A stretch of DNA of 64,000 nucleotides, taken from positions 43,771-107,770 of the forward strand of contig JBDRMG010000047.1 of the NCBI GenBank assembly GCA_043812495.1. Direction: 5' to 3'. Positions 42,412 through 53,753 of this stretch are shown here, one piece after another. A program made the position numbers and the translations under genes. The first letter of the stretch is position 1; each line of letters begins with the position of its first letter. Source of the stretch: Candidatus Omnitrophota bacterium. Lineage in GTDB: Bacteria > Omnitrophota > Gorgyraeia > Zapsychrales > JBDRMG01. The notes under the pieces are model-generated. The model had not been told where the DNA came from. It saw only the letters and a program-made list of their open reading frames with translations, and searched no databases.

Positions 42412-45400
42412 ATGCCTAAGCGTACAGACATAAAGAAAATCCTTGTGATTGGGTCCGGGCCCATCGTGATCGGCCAGGCCTGTGAATTTGATTATTCCGG
42501 AACCCAAGCCTGCAAGGCCCTCAAGGAAGAGGGTTTTGAAATTGTTTTGGTGAATTCCAATCCCGCGACCATTATGACGGATCCGGAAATCGCCGATCAT
42601 ACGTATATCGAACCTTTGACGGCCGAATTCGTTGAGAAGATTATCGCTAAAGAGAAACCCGATGCGGTTCTACCGACCTTGGGCGGGCAGACAGCCTTGA
42701 ATATTGCCATCCAGCTTCATGAAAATGGTGCTCTCAAGCGCCACAACGCTGAGCTCATCGGCGCCGGATATGAAATCATCAAGAAGGCCGAGGACCGCGA
42801 GTGTTTCAAGAAAGCAGCCATCAAGGCCGGCCTGGAAGTCCCTGAAAGCGCCTTTGCCTATAATATCGAAGAAGCCATGGATGTGACTAAGAAACTCGGT
42901 TTTCCCCTCATCATCCGACCCAGTTATACCCTCGGCGGCGCAGGCGGAGGGATTGCCAATAACATGGAGGAATTTGAGAAAGTTGCTTCTCTGGGGATTG
43001 AAAGCAGTATGATCCATGAGATTCTCATCGAAGAATCCATTATCGGATGGAAAGAGTTTGAGCTTGAGGTTATGCGCGACAATAAAGATAATGTGGTTAT
43101 CATTTGCTCCATCGAGAATCTTGATCCCATGGGCATTCATACAGGCGACAGTATTACCGTTGCGCCGGCGCAGACGTTAACGGATAAAGAATACCAGCAC
43201 ATGCGCGATCAGTCCCTTGCTTTGATCCGCGAAATCGGTGTCGAGACAGGCGGGTCCAATATTCAATTTGCTGTCAATCCCGCGGATGGGCGCATGGTTG
43301 TGATTGAAATGAATCCGCGTGTTTCTCGCAGCTCTGCTTTGGCGAGCAAAGCCACCGGTTTTCCCATTGCCAAGTTTGCCGCGAAGCTCGCCGTAGGTTA
43401 TTCCTTAGACGAAATCCAAAATGACATCACCAAGGAAACGCCGGCTTCCTTTGAGCCGACCATTGATTATTGTGTGGTGAAGATTCCCCGTTTTACGTTT
43501 GAGAAATTTCCCGAAGCCAAGGATATCCTGGGGATATCCATGAAATCCGTCGGGGAAACCATGGCCATCGGCCGCACGTTCAAGGAAGCCTTGCAAAAAG
43601 GTTTGCGGGGTTTGGAAATCGGCCATACGGGTCTGGATAATAAACTCAAATTTTCTGAAATACCCGATGAAAAAATCAAATGGCGCTTGCAGGAACCCAA
43701 TGCCTCGCGTATTTTTTATGTCAAATATGCTCTTCAGAAAGGTTTCAGCGAAGAAGATATTTTTAACTACTCTAAGATTGATCCGTGGTTTATTGCGCAA
43801 ATAAAGGAAATTGTGCAGTTTGAGAATCAAATGACCGAGACTTTGAACCAGAAAAAGACGCTGGATGTATCTGTGTTGCGTCGTGCCAAGGAGCTTGGTT
43901 TCAGCGATGCGCAACTGAGTGCTTCAATGAACTTAAAAGAGGAGGAATTTCGAGAGTATCGCAAGAAGCTCGGGATTGTGGCCACCTTTAAACTTGTCGA
44001 TACGTGCGCGGCCGAATTTAAAGCCTACACTCCTTATTTTTATTCGACCTATGAAATTGAAGATGAGGCCCAAGAGCAGATTGAGAAATTGGCGAAGAAT
44101 GCAATCGCGGATGACGCAGATATTAATCTGCGACATCGGCGGTTGCAATTGGTGAAATCTGCGGTTGCAAAGAAAAGAAAGATTATTATCCTCGGCGGCG
44201 GCCCGAACCGCATCGGTCAGGGCATTGAGTTTGACTATTGTTGTTGCCATGCCGCCTTTACGCTTCAGGAATTAGGCTATGAAGCCATTATGGTCAACTC
44301 CAATCCCGAAACAGTGTCAACCGATTATGATACATCCGACCGATTGTATTTTGAGCCGTTAACCTTTGAAGATGTTATGAATATTATTGAAGTCGAGAAG
44401 CCCGACGGTATTATTGTTCAGTTTGGCGGCCAAACGCCTTTAAATCTGGCGCGCCGGCTGCATGAGGCCGGCGCTCCCATTATCGGAACCAGCATTGACT
44501 CGATTGATTTGGCGGAAGATCGGGAGAAATTTTCGGAGTTTATCAAAAAACTTGGCCTTGTCCAACCGGCCAACGGTTATGCCCTCAACGTCGATGAGGC
44601 GGTCAAAACCGCGTCTCTGATCGGGTATCCTGTTTTGGCGCGTCCGTCGTATGTCTTGGGCGGCCGTGCCATGCGCATCGTTTATGACGAGAAATCTCTT
44701 TTGTCCTTTGTGGAAGAGGCCAAAGAGGTCTCGGCGGGTCATCCCCTTTTGATTGACAAATTTATTGAGGATGCCATTGAAGTGGATGTCGATGCCGTTT
44801 GTGACGGACAAGAGACGTATGTCGCCGGTATTATGGAGCATATTGAAAATGCGGGAATCCATTCCGGTGATTCGGCGTGCGTTCTTCCTCCCTTGACGAT
44901 CAGCGACGAGCTGATCGGAAAAATAAAAGAATACACTTACGCAATCGCGAAACATCTCCATGTCGTGGGGCTCATGAATATTCAATACGCCATCAAAGGA
45001 CATCAGATTTATGTTTTGGAAGTTAATCCCCGGGCCTCGCGCACGGTTCCTTTTGTCAGTAAGGCAACGGGTGTGCCTTTGGCCAAAATGGCGGCTCAAA
45101 TTATGGTCGGAAAAAAAGTTACGGATTTTAAACGCGTGGATATCGCTGACCTAAAATATGTTTCCGTGAAAGAATCCGTGCTGCCTTTTTCGCGCTTCTC
45201 CGGAGTCGATATTGTCCTGGGCCCGGAGATGAAATCCACCGGTGAGGTTATGGGTATTGACATGACCTTTGGCGCGGCCTTTGCCAAATCGCAAATCTGC
45301 GCGAATCAGGCCCTGCCGAGAAAAGGAACGGTTTTTATCAGCGTTAATGACAATGACAAACGCCATGTGGTTTTCTTAGCTAAAAAGCTGTCTGATCTGA

Positions 45401-45741
45401 AATTCGAAATCATCTCGACGAAAGGGACATCTAAGGTTCTTAAGTCCAATGACGTCAAGGTGAGCGTTGTGGATAAATTCGGCGAAGGCAAGAACGATCT
45501 GTTGACTTATATCAAGAAAGGTGAGATAAATTTAGTGATCAATACCCCTTCGGGCCAAAAAAGTCAATCGGATATGCGCGCTATTCGCGCCGCCGCTATC
45601 TTACACGGCATCCCCTGCATCACGACCTTGCAAGGGGCCTGGGCGGCGGTTAACGGTATTGAGGCCAGCTTGCATAAAGATTTTACAATCCAATCCTTGC
45701 AGGAATATTATCGTCAAGGGAGCTTATCATGTGCGGAATAG
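42412..45741 (+). CDS. carB: Carbamoyl-phosphate synthase large subunit (copy 2) with a 30-aa linker insertion
   Basis: [37 protein letters not shown]. Confidence 0.97.
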   Translation: MPKRTDIKKILVIGSGPIVIGQACEFDYSGTQACKALKEEGFEIVLVNSNPATIMTDPEIADHTYIEPLTAEFVEKIIAKEKPDAVLPTLGGQTALNIAIQLHENGALKRHNAELIGAGYEIIKKAEDRECFKKAAIKAGLEVPESAFAYNIEEAMDVTKKLGFPLIIRPSYTLGGAGGGIANNMEEFEKVASLGIESSMIHEILIEESIIGWKEFELEVMRDNKDNVVIICSIENLDPMGIHTGDSITVAPAQTLTDKEYQHMRDQSLALIREIGVETGGSNIQFAVNPADGRMVVIEMNPRVSRSSALASKATGFPIAKFAAKLAVGYSLDEIQNDITKETPASFEPTIDYCVVKIPRFTFEKFPEAKDILGISMKSVGETMAIGRTFKEALQKGLRGLEIGHTGLDNKLKFSEIPDEKIKWRLQEPNASRIFYVKYALQKGFSEEDIFNYSKIDPWFIAQIKEIVQFENQMTETLNQKKTLDVSVLRRAKELGFSDAQLSASMNLKEEEFREYRKKLGIVATFKLVDTCAAEFKAYTPYFYSTYEIEDEAQEQIEKLAKNAIADDADINLRHRRLQLVKSAVAKKRKIIILGGGPNRIGQGIEFDYCCCHAAFTLQELGYEAIMVNSNPETVSTDYDTSDRLYFEPLTFEDVMNIIEVEKPDGIIVQFGGQTPLNLARRLHEAGAPIIGTSIDSIDLAEDREKFSEFIKKLGLVQPANGYALNVDEAVKTASLIGYPVLARPSYVLGGRAMRIVYDEKSLLSFVEEAKEVSAGHPLLIDKFIEDAIEVDVDAVCDGQETYVAGIMEHIENAGIHSGDSACVLPPLTISDELIGKIKEYTYAIAKHLHVVGLMNIQYAIKGHQIYVLEVNPRASRTVPFVSKATGVPLAKMAAQIMVGKKVTDFKRVDIADLKYVSVKESVLPFSRFSGVDIVLGPEMKSTGEVMGIDMTFGAAFAKSQICANQALPRKGTVFISVNDNDKRHVVFLAKKLSDLKFEIISTKGTSKVLKSNDVKVSVVDKFGEGKNDLLTYIKKGEINLVINTPSGQKSQSDMRAIRAAAILHGIPCITTLQGAWAAVNGIEASLHKDFTIQSLQEYYRQGSLSCAE

Positions 45742-47117
45742 CCGGTGCCTCCAATCATCCGGAAGCGGCAAAAATAATTTTTTTGGCCCTCTATGCCCTT
45801 CAGCACCGCGGAGAAGAGGCGGCGGGCATTGTTTCGTACGACGGCGAAAATGTACATATGACCAAAGCCCCCGGCCTTGTGGCGGATACATTTGATGAAA
45901 AGGCGCTCAATAGCCTGCGCGGCAAAGTGGCGATCGGCCACACCCGTTATTCCACGACCGGTTCAAGCAATCTGAAAAATATCCAACCGTTTCTTGTGAC
46001 CCATAAGAATAAACCCCTCGCCGTGGCCCATAACGGCAATCTGACCAATACGGAAAGTCTCTATAAACAATTGGAAGAAGAAGGGTCCATTTTTCAGACA
46101 TCCATGGATTCGGAATTGATTATTCATCTTTTGGTCAAAGAAAAAAACGGTGATCTGAAGGAGAAATTTAAGAAAATTCTTTCTCAACTCCAAGGTGCCT
46201 TTTCGCTTATATTTCTCGTTGAGGATACGTTGGTCGGCGTGCGTGATCCGTCGGGTTTTCGGCCGCTGTGTTTAGGGAAATTGGATGATTCTTATATTTT
46301 GGCTTCCGAAAGCTGTGCCTTGGACTTAATGAAGGCAAAGTTTATCCGGGAGATTGAACCCGGAGAAGTTGTCTTTATCAAAGGGAAGAAACTGGAATCC
46401 TGCTTCTTGCCAGACGCAAGTAAAACCAGACCCTCTCAATGCATTTTTGAAAATATTTATTTTGCCAGGCCCGATAGTCATATTTTTGGCGATAATGTCT
46501 ATCTGGTCAGAAAACGCCTGGGAAAACAGTTGGCCAAAGAGCACTCGGCAAAAGGCGCGGATTTTGTCATGTCTATTCCGGATTCCGGAAATTATGCCGC
46601 GCTTGGTTTTGCTCAAGAATCAGGCTTACCGCTTGAGATCGGCATGATCCGTAATCATTATATCGGCCGGACCTTTATCCAGCCGTCGCAATTCTTGAGG
46701 GATTTTAGAGTCCGGGTCAAACTCAATCCCATCACCGAGGTTCTCAAGGGCAAGAAGATTGTGGTTGTGGAAGATTCGATTGTGCGCGGCACGACCAGCC
46801 GAAGCCGCATCGAAGAAATCCGGCGCACCGGCGTCAAAGAAATCCATATGCGCATCAGCTGCCCGCCCATCAGATTCCCCTGTTTTTACGGCATCGATTT
46901 TCCAAGCCGGAGAGAATTGATTGCGTCGAAAAAAAGCGTCAAGGTCATTGCCGACTTTATCAAAGTCGATTCTCTGAAATATCTGAGCCTGGAAGGAATG
47001 CTCAGCGTTATGAAAGACAAGAGGGCTTTCTGCCATGCCTGTTATAGCGGAGAGTACCCTGTATGTATTCCGAAAAATAAAAGTAAATATTTATTGGAAG
47101 GACCGGGAAAGCGATGA
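45729..47117 (+). CDS. purF: Amidophosphoribosyltransferase
   Basis: MCGI N-terminal Cys, [24 protein letters not shown], Fe-S cysteines. Confidence 0.97.
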   Translation: MCGIAGASNHPEAAKIIFLALYALQHRGEEAAGIVSYDGENVHMTKAPGLVADTFDEKALNSLRGKVAIGHTRYSTTGSSNLKNIQPFLVTHKNKPLAVAHNGNLTNTESLYKQLEEEGSIFQTSMDSELIIHLLVKEKNGDLKEKFKKILSQLQGAFSLIFLVEDTLVGVRDPSGFRPLCLGKLDDSYILASESCALDLMKAKFIREIEPGEVVFIKGKKLESCFLPDASKTRPSQCIFENIYFARPDSHIFGDNVYLVRKRLGKQLAKEHSAKGADFVMSIPDSGNYAALGFAQESGLPLEIGMIRNHYIGRTFIQPSQFLRDFRVRVKLNPITEVLKGKKIVVVEDSIVRGTTSRSRIEEIRRTGVKEIHMRISCPPIRFPCFYGIDFPSRRELIASKKSVKVIADFIKVDSLKYLSLEGMLSVMKDKRAFCHACYSGEYPVCIPKNKSKYLLEGPGKR

Positions 47118-47234
47118 GTAAATTTATCCGTCTTCGTCAAATACGTTAAGTATTTGACGAAGACGGATCAAATACAATAAGTATTTCCTGCTAGCAGGCA
47201 GGGACTTAAACGGGTTAATGAGAAGGAAGGAATA

Positions 47235-48875
47235 ATGAGCAAGTTCATCTTTGTGACAGGGGGGGTTGTGTCCAGCTTAGGCAAAGGGATTGCCTCGTCA
47301 TCCATTGGAAAGCTCCTGGAGGCCAGAGGCCTCAAGACAACCATTATCAAATGCGATCCTTATATTAATGTTGATCCGGGAACCATGAACCCTTTTCAGC
47401 ATGGCGAGGTTTATGTAACGGATGACGGCGCCGAAGCAGACCTGGATTTAGGTCATTATGAGCGCTTTACCAATGCCAAGATCGGCAAGGAGAATAATAT
47501 CACCACGGGAAAGATTTATTTTTCTGTCATCACCAAAGAGCGCCGCGGGGATTATTTGGGAAAGACCGTTCAGATCATTCCTCACATCACGGATGAAATA
47601 AAGAATTGCATCAAGAAAGTGGCCCATGACCGGGACGTGGACGTAACGATTGTGGAAATCGGCGGAACCGTAGGCGATATCGAAAGCCTTCCTTTTTTGG
47701 AGGCCATTCGTCAACTGCGCTGGGAATTGGGCGCTGAGTACGCGATCAATATCCACGTGACCTTGCTTCCGTTTATCCGTTCGGCCGGCGAGCAGAAAAC
47801 CAAGCCGACGCAGCACAGCGTCGGGCGCCTGCGCGAAATCGGTATCAATGCCGATATCCTTCTTTGCCGTACGGAAAGACCCATCAAAAAAGAGCAAAGA
47901 GATAAAATCGCCCTGTTTTGCAATGTCGATAAAGAGGCCGTGATTGAGGCCGCGGACGTAAAACACATTTACGAAGTTCCCCTGGCCCTCAAAAAACAGC
48001 AATTGGATGATTTGATCTTAAGAAAGCTAAATATCAAGCGGGAAGAAAAAGATCTGAAGCATTGGCAGGAATTTGTTATGCAAAGGCTCAAAAATCCTTC
48101 CAAAGAAGTCAAAATTTCCGTAGTCGGAAAATATATCACCCTGCCCGATGCCTACAAATCTATTTATGAGGCCTTGGCGCACGGCGGAATCGCCAATGAT
48201 GCCCGGGTCAATATCAATAGGGTCGATTCGGAGGATATTGAAAAAGGAAATATCGAGAAATACCTGAAAGGATCGGACGGTATTCTGATTCCGGGCGGGT
48301 TTGGAACACGGGGCATCGAAGGAAAAATCAAAGCCGTTGAATTTGCGCGGGAAAACAATATTCCGTTTCTGGGGATTTGCCTGGGGATGCAATGCGCGAC
48401 GATTGAGTTTGCGCGCAATATTGTCGGATTGAAGAATGCCAATTCAACCGAATTTGATAAAGACACGAAATCTCCGGTGATTAGCCTTTTGGAAGAGCAA
48501 AAGAAAGTGAAAAATATGGGGGCCACCATGCGCCTGGGGGCCTACCCTTGCAAATTGGCGAAGAAATCCAAAGCCATGGCCGCCTACAAAAAGGAAAATA
48601 TTTCCGAACGCCACCGTCATCGTTATGAATTCAACAACGAATACAAAAAGATGATGGAAAAGAAGGGGATGGTGTTCTGTGGTATTTATACCAATAAAAG
48701 TTTAGTTGAAATTATTGAACTCAAGGACCATCCCTGGTTTGTTGCCTGCCAATTTCATCCGGAGTTTAAGTCAAAACCCGACAAAGCCCATCCTCTCTTT
48801 GACCATTTCATCCGCGCGGCCGTGGATAAGCAAGATAAAACAAAAGACCTAAGCATTTTTTGCTTTTTGGCTTGA
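47235..48875 (+). CDS. pyrG: CTP synthase
   Basis: [43 protein letters not shown]. Confidence 0.98.
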   Translation: MSKFIFVTGGVVSSLGKGIASSSIGKLLEARGLKTTIIKCDPYINVDPGTMNPFQHGEVYVTDDGAEADLDLGHYERFTNAKIGKENNITTGKIYFSVITKERRGDYLGKTVQIIPHITDEIKNCIKKVAHDRDVDVTIVEIGGTVGDIESLPFLEAIRQLRWELGAEYAINIHVTLLPFIRSAGEQKTKPTQHSVGRLREIGINADILLCRTERPIKKEQRDKIALFCNVDKEAVIEAADVKHIYEVPLALKKQQLDDLILRKLNIKREEKDLKHWQEFVMQRLKNPSKEVKISVVGKYITLPDAYKSIYEALAHGGIANDARVNINRVDSEDIEKGNIEKYLKGSDGILIPGGFGTRGIEGKIKAVEFARENNIPFLGICLGMQCATIEFARNIVGLKNANSTEFDKDTKSPVISLLEEQKKVKNMGATMRLGAYPCKLAKKSKAMAAYKKENISERHRHRYEFNNEYKKMMEKKGMVFCGIYTNKSLVEIIELKDHPWFVACQFHPEFKSKPDKAHPLFDHFIRAAVDKQDKTKDLSIFCFLA

Positions 48876-48916
48876 TCTATGTATAATAAATAAGACTTAA
48901 AAAGAATATTTGCGCG

Positions 48917-49107
48917 GTTCTGCTTCGTCCGCCATTGATGCATTGGCGGACTTCGCAGCAACATTTTGAAATAAAGAATTAATTTGGAAGCGTTAGCGGC
49001 TTCGAAGCTTCCAAATGATTCTGCTTCGTTAAATGCTTACGTATTTAACTTCGCAGGAATCAGTCCTTCGAAGCTCTAATGTCAAAACATTAGAGCGAAG
49101 AAGACTG
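48917..49107. repeat. Array of CTTCG/CGAAG hairpin repeats in the tRNA leader
   Basis: TTCTGCTTCG[TCCGCC..GGCGGA]CTTCGCAG; TTCTGCTTCG..CTTCGCAGGAA; CCTTCGAAGCTCTAATG..CATTAGAGCGAAGAAG. Confidence 0.8.
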
Positions 49108-49126
49108 AAAATTTTGAAGCGAAGAA

Positions 49127-49208
49127 GCGCGGGTGGCGGAATTGGTATACGCGCACGTTTGAGGGGCGTGTGGGGCAACCCGTGTGGGTTCAAGTCCCAC
49201 CCCGCGCA
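49127..49208 (+). tRNA. tRNA-Leu(GAG)
   Basis: Acceptor GCGCGGG/CCCGCGC, D-loop GGAATTGG, anticodon loop TTGAGGG, long variable arm, GGTTCAAGTCC; CCA not encoded. Confidence 0.95.
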
Positions 49209-49444
49209 TTAGATTTTAAATAACTTAGAGCGAAGCGACATAAGTTATTTAAATTTTTATCCCGCCTCGCGGCGAAGCGTACCCGTTAACGCTCGGCGCT
49301 GAGGCGAACGGCATGAAAATTAATTTTAGGCCGCGAGGGATTAGAAAGTTAAAAATGTGATGAGTTGTGGAGATAAAAAAAGAGCATTCGAAATTACCTT
49401 GAATGCTCTTAAGAATTTTAAAGGAAAGATTCTAAAACTTATTT

Positions 49445-49588
49445 TTATCCTCCACCCACTACAATGCGGTCACCTGATGGAGACTTCTTCTTTCCGCTGT
49501 TACCACCGCCTTTTTTAGCAGCGTAACTATTTCCCACAACGCTAAAAATAAATACTATAACTAAAATACCCAAAAACAATCTTTTCAT
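49445..49588 (-). CDS. Small secreted peptide (47 aa)
   Basis: GGAGG RBS; MKRLFLGILVIVFIFSVVGNSYA signal peptide followed by a Gly/Lys-rich mature part. Confidence 0.55.
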   Translation of the reverse strand: MKRLFLGILVIVFIFSVVGNSYAAKKGGGNSGKKKSPSGDRIVVGGG

Positions 49589-49691
49589 ATCAACCTCCAA
49601 TTTTTTATATTTTAATATGGGGGGGGGAATTGTCAATAAATAAAATTATGACTATTTTGACACTTCTTGAAACGTTTGTTATAATTCTCCT

Positions 49692-49964
49692 ATGATTTCG
49701 GAAAAAGACAAACAAGCGATAGCTGCCATAGCAGACAAGTATAACGTCAAACGTATTCTTTTATTTGGTTCTTATGCTGCTTTGCCTGAAGAGAACGCGA
49801 GGGATATCGATTTGGCCGTAGAGGGAATTCAAGCTAAAGATTTTTTTAAATTTTATGGAGATCTGCTTTTCAAATTGAAAAAGTCGGTAGATTTGATTGA
49901 TCTTTCATCAGATTGTAAGTTTAATAGCCTTGTTCGAGAAGAAGGAATACCCATCTATGGCTAG
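49692..49964 (+). CDS. Minimal nucleotidyltransferase (MNT antitoxin)
   Basis: LFGS, DIDLAV, VDL motifs. Confidence 0.9.
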   Translation: MISEKDKQAIAAIADKYNVKRILLFGSYAALPEENARDIDLAVEGIQAKDFFKFYGDLLFKLKKSVDLIDLSSDCKFNSLVREEGIPIYG

Positions 49965-50376
49965 CTTAAAAAAACGGATAGAAGTAGAGTACGATAATAT
50001 TCAAAGAATTATTGCACAATTACCTAAAAGTAGATCGTTGCCAAATTTATCTGAACTCGAATTAGCAGGCGTCGCTGCCTTTCTTAACAGTTTTTATAAT
50101 GGAATTGAAAATATCCTAAAGCAAATGGTGCAAGAGAAAGGCCTTGACATCCCTCAGGGGCAAACATGGCAGCGTGATCTTGTTGAGCTAGCGGTCTCTC
50201 ACGATCTAATTTCACAGACAACAAGCAATCTGTTGAAACAATATTTGGCTTTTCGTCATTTCTTCAGCCATGCTTATGCTTTTGATTTGCGTGGTGACAG
50301 AATTTTACCATTGGTTGACGGGGTAGAAAAAGTTTTTGCAGGCTTATGTCATGATATAGAAAAGTTAGAAATTTAA
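49957..50376 (+). CDS. HEPN domain toxin (HepT-like)
   Basis: FYNGIENIL and FRHFFSHAY (Rx4H) motifs; start moved to ATG 49957, overlapping the MNT gene. Confidence 0.85.
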   Translation: MASLKKRIEVEYDNIQRIIAQLPKSRSLPNLSELELAGVAAFLNSFYNGIENILKQMVQEKGLDIPQGQTWQRDLVELAVSHDLISQTTSNLLKQYLAFRHFFSHAYAFDLRGDRILPLVDGVEKVFAGLCHDIEKLEI

Positions 50377-50485
50377 TTCCTTCTACTTAGAAAGCTTCCG
50401 TTTTGCTCCCATTTTATTTGCCAGATTTCCCATAAATGCTTTTAGAGATATCAATTATGCAGCTCTAGACCTAAAATCCAAAATC

Positions 50486-51706
50486 ATGAATGGTCTTCAA
50501 ACCCTTAAGAGAAAAGTCACAAAAAAAGACATCCCATTCGTTATCGCCGCCGTTCTTATTTCTTGGTATGTTTCAATGTGCTTGGCGCATTATATGTCTG
50601 CGCGGCCGCTATGGAACGATGAATGGGCGGTTTCTCTCAGCCTGGAACAATTCGCCAGCAGGGATTTCTTCACAAGGCCGTTGTTTGCCGTTCAGATGTT
50701 TCCTCGGCTTTATCTTTTTTTGATCCAGAAAATCTCACATCCATTTGATTTCCATCTTTTGAGCCTTCGCTTTTTGTCTTTTGTATTCATGTTGTCGGCC
50801 TATTTTTTGTGGATGAAAATTGCCCGCTATGAAATGAAAGACAACAAAGAGTATTGGACGTTTCTGCTCTGCTGGTGTGCCTCTATTCCTATGGTTTATT
50901 ACGCTGCTGAATTAAAACAATATTCCATGGATGTTTTGGCGGGAGCAATCTTTCTTTACTTTATTTACCGCCAAGAATATCTGCAAAGCACAAGCCGCCT
51001 GCGCTTGAATATCTTTCTTGTTTTGCTACCGGCCCTAGGGTTGCTTTCCTATACGGCGTTCTTGTTTTGTCTGTTTCCGTTTACTAATATGTTGGTATCC
51101 GCCAAGAAGGACAAAACCCTCTATCGCTCGCTGGTGTTGTTTTGCGCGTCTTGCGTTATTTTTGCCTTGTTGTCGTTCTTTTTTGATATGCGCTTTCGGC
51201 CCGGAGCGGTGATGATGCCGGGAGGGCATGCCGAATATTTTATTTCCTTTAAAAATGTCCCTGAGTTCTTCCGGTCGTTTGGCGAGGGGACCAACAATCT
51301 ATTTTCGCGTTTCTTTGCGGAGCGGCCTCGCGTTATCAAAAAAATTGCCCGATGCTTTTTAGGTTTCGGGTTCATTTTTCTTTTTTATGGATTTTTCAAG
51401 AATTTTAAGAAAGACGGAGGTTATTTGAAATCATTGAATACCATAGCCTTCATTTTATACTTAGAGCTATTTGCGCTCGGGGCCTTGCATTTGTATCCTT
51501 TTACCGAGCCGCGCACGTCGCTTGTTTACTGCCCGTTTATTTTCTATTTAACGATCAAGGGGATCGGGATCACCAAAAGAATAAATAAATATTTTTACGG
51601 GATTCTCCATGCGGCTTTTATCATTTTCTTAATGGTCGTGGCTTTGTGTATTTCGCGCATTGTTTATTCGGGACAAGAACTCTCGTTTGCGCCGTTTTTG
51701 TGGTAG
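50486..51706 (+). CDS. Integral membrane GT-C-like glycosyltransferase
   Basis: R.LWNDE loop after TM1, LRFLSF, YYAAELKQYS motifs; many TM helices. Confidence 0.7.
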   Translation: MNGLQTLKRKVTKKDIPFVIAAVLISWYVSMCLAHYMSARPLWNDEWAVSLSLEQFASRDFFTRPLFAVQMFPRLYLFLIQKISHPFDFHLLSLRFLSFVFMLSAYFLWMKIARYEMKDNKEYWTFLLCWCASIPMVYYAAELKQYSMDVLAGAIFLYFIYRQEYLQSTSRLRLNIFLVLLPALGLLSYTAFLFCLFPFTNMLVSAKKDKTLYRSLVLFCASCVIFALLSFFFDMRFRPGAVMMPGGHAEYFISFKNVPEFFRSFGEGTNNLFSRFFAERPRVIKKIARCFLGFGFIFLFYGFFKNFKKDGGYLKSLNTIAFILYLELFALGALHLYPFTEPRTSLVYCPFIFYLTIKGIGITKRINKYFYGILHAAFIIFLMVVALCISRIVYSGQELSFAPFLW

Positions 51707-51739
51707 AATGATTCAATGAATAAAACAGAAGGGGAAGCC

Positions 51740-52453
51740 ATGCCAGGAAAAATTCTTGTGAGCGCGAGCATCCTATGCGCTGACTTTTCCAAACTCGCAG
51801 AAGAGATCAAGAAGTGCGAGGCCGCCGGCATCGATGAGCTCCATATCGATGTCATGGACGGACATTTTGTCCCTAATATTACGATCGGCCCCATCATTGT
51901 CAAAGCCATAAGGCCCTTGACCAAATTACACATTAATGCCCATTTGATGATTGAGCACCCCGGGAGCTATATCGATGATTTCATTGACGCGGGATCCGAT
52001 GTCATTTCACTTCAAACAGAATGTTACGGCAAGCGAACACAAGGGTGTCAGGCCTTCGGACAGTTCCCTAAGGAAATAGAATCTTTTGATCCTGCGCTCG
52101 CAAACGAAGACATCAAAAAAGCAAAGAGCCGAGGCAAAAAAGTCTTTATGGTTATTAACCCCGGAACGCCTCTTTGCATTCAGCCGGTTCTGGACAAGAT
52201 CGATGGTGTTTTGATTATGTCGGTGAATCCCGGATTTGCCGGGCAGAAGTTTATGCCAAGCGTATTGCCGAAAATCCAGAAATTACGCAAAATTTTTAAA
52301 GGGGATATTGCCGTAGACGGCGGGATCAATGAAACAACAGCTCCCGAGGCCGTCAAGGCCGGGGCCAATATTCTGGCTACAGCCAGTTACTTTTTCTCAA
52401 GCCCTCATCCCAAAAGGCTTGTCAAGGACCTTAAGAGCCTAAAAGAGAAATGA
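51740..52453 (+). CDS. rpe: Ribulose-phosphate 3-epimerase
   Basis: HIDVMDGHFVPN, HLMI, MSVNPGFAGQKF, VDGG. Confidence 0.95.
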   Translation: MPGKILVSASILCADFSKLAEEIKKCEAAGIDELHIDVMDGHFVPNITIGPIIVKAIRPLTKLHINAHLMIEHPGSYIDDFIDAGSDVISLQTECYGKRTQGCQAFGQFPKEIESFDPALANEDIKKAKSRGKKVFMVINPGTPLCIQPVLDKIDGVLIMSVNPGFAGQKFMPSVLPKIQKLRKIFKGDIAVDGGINETTAPEAVKAGANILATASYFFSSPHPKRLVKDLKSLKEK

Positions 52454-52523
52454 TCATGGGGAATGTTGTTTGTTGAAGCCAGGCGTTTTCCGTGTTATAT
52501 TTTAGGTAGAAGGAAAAGAGGAA

Positions 52524-52718
52524 GTGACTGAACCAATGAAAATCAAGAAAGAATTTGCCCAAACAGCTATTGAATACATGATTCTATTGACAGTTGTGGC
52601 CACCATAACATTTCTTGCCCTCTCCAAAGGTGGAGTGCTAGAAAGAAGCCGGGATGCGTCCGAAGGTTACTTCAACGCCATTTCCGAAAGAATTATGGGT
52701 GATCCGCCGGATCTATAA
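52524..52718 (+). CDS. Flp/class III signal peptide pilin-like protein
   Basis: KKEFAQTAIEY followed by a hydrophobic helix. Confidence 0.65.
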   Translation: MTEPMKIKKEFAQTAIEYMILLTVVATITFLALSKGGVLERSRDASEGYFNAISERIMGDPPDL

Positions 52719-52739
52719 GATTTCATTAGGAAAGAAAAG

Positions 52740-52782
52740 AAAAAACGCTACAGGCCAATAAGGGCTGTAGCGTTTTTATTTT
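52740..52782. terminator. Bidirectional intrinsic terminator
   Basis: AAAAACGCTACAG..CTGTAGCGTTTTT between convergent genes. Confidence 0.8.
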
Positions 52783-52805
52783 GATCATGGGCTTATCGGA
52801 GAGCG

Positions 52806-53735
52806 TTATGTCTTGCGCTTATCCCTGACAAAAGCACTGCCTTCCTGACTTTTGGCGTATTTTTTTAATTCCGCGCCGATTTCTCCGACTTGAGCAATGT
52901 GACTGATTTTTTGCACGGCATTACTGACGATGCCGATAGAAACAGACAAAAAGCCGATGCGGACCGCGTTTCCCTGCCGGTCCTTTGTTAAAATATATTT
53001 ATTGTTTTTATCCTTTTCATTATAAAAATTCGCAGCACTGTTATCGAATTCTTGGATGATATCCTGACAGATCGCATCCGCTTTGTCATCATCGGCAATA
53101 AAAACAAAATCATCCCCGCCGATATGACCGATAAAGGCTTCGGGATTCCCTTTGGCGCGCACAGACTTAATCAATATGCGGGCGGTTTCACGGATGACTT
53201 CGTCGCCGTGTTCAAAACCGTACTTATCATTATAGGCCTTGAATTTATCTAAATCGACATAGCCCACAGCAAAGATTTTCTTTTCATCGATAGAGCGCTG
53301 AAGCTCTTCCATAATGGTAACATTCCCGGGAAGATGCGTAAGCGGATTGGCGTCAAGGCTGCGTTCCGTGCGCCGCAGAATCATCTTGATTCTGGCCAGG
53401 AGCTCGTTGGGTTCAAATGGCTTAACGACATAATCATCCGCACCGGCATTGATACCGCTGACCTTGTCTTCGACTTCCTTTTTTCCGGTCAGCATAATAA
53501 TGGGAATATGCTGAAGGAGAATATCCTTTTTAACTTCTTGGCAGAATTTCCGTCCATCCATGACGGGCATCTTGTAATCGACAATAATGAGACTGGGTGG
53601 TTTAGACTTGGCCAGCTCCAGCCCTTCTTTTCCGTTGTTGGCCTGGATAACGTCATAAACATCAGAAAGAGTCAACGAGAGGACATCCAGAATATCGGGA
53701 TCATCATCGATCGTCAGTATTTTTTCTTTACTCAT
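52806..53735 (-). CDS. Response regulator with a GGDEF-family domain (GGDDF)
   Basis: REC domain; NPLTHLPGN, DLDKFKAYNDKYG, HIGGDDF. Confidence 0.92.
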   Translation of the reverse strand: MSKEKILTIDDDPDILDVLSLTLSDVYDVIQANNGKEGLELAKSKPPSLIIVDYKMPVMDGRKFCQEVKKDILLQHIPIIMLTGKKEVEDKVSGINAGADDYVVKPFEPNELLARIKMILRRTERSLDANPLTHLPGNVTIMEELQRSIDEKKIFAVGYVDLDKFKAYNDKYGFEHGDEVIRETARILIKSVRAKGNPEAFIGHIGGDDFVFIADDDKADAICQDIIQEFDNSAANFYNEKDKNNKYILTKDRQGNAVRIGFLSVSIGIVSNAVQKISHIAQVGEIGAELKKYAKSQEGSAFVRDKRKT

Positions 53736-53753
53736 AATTTCAGGAGCCTTATT

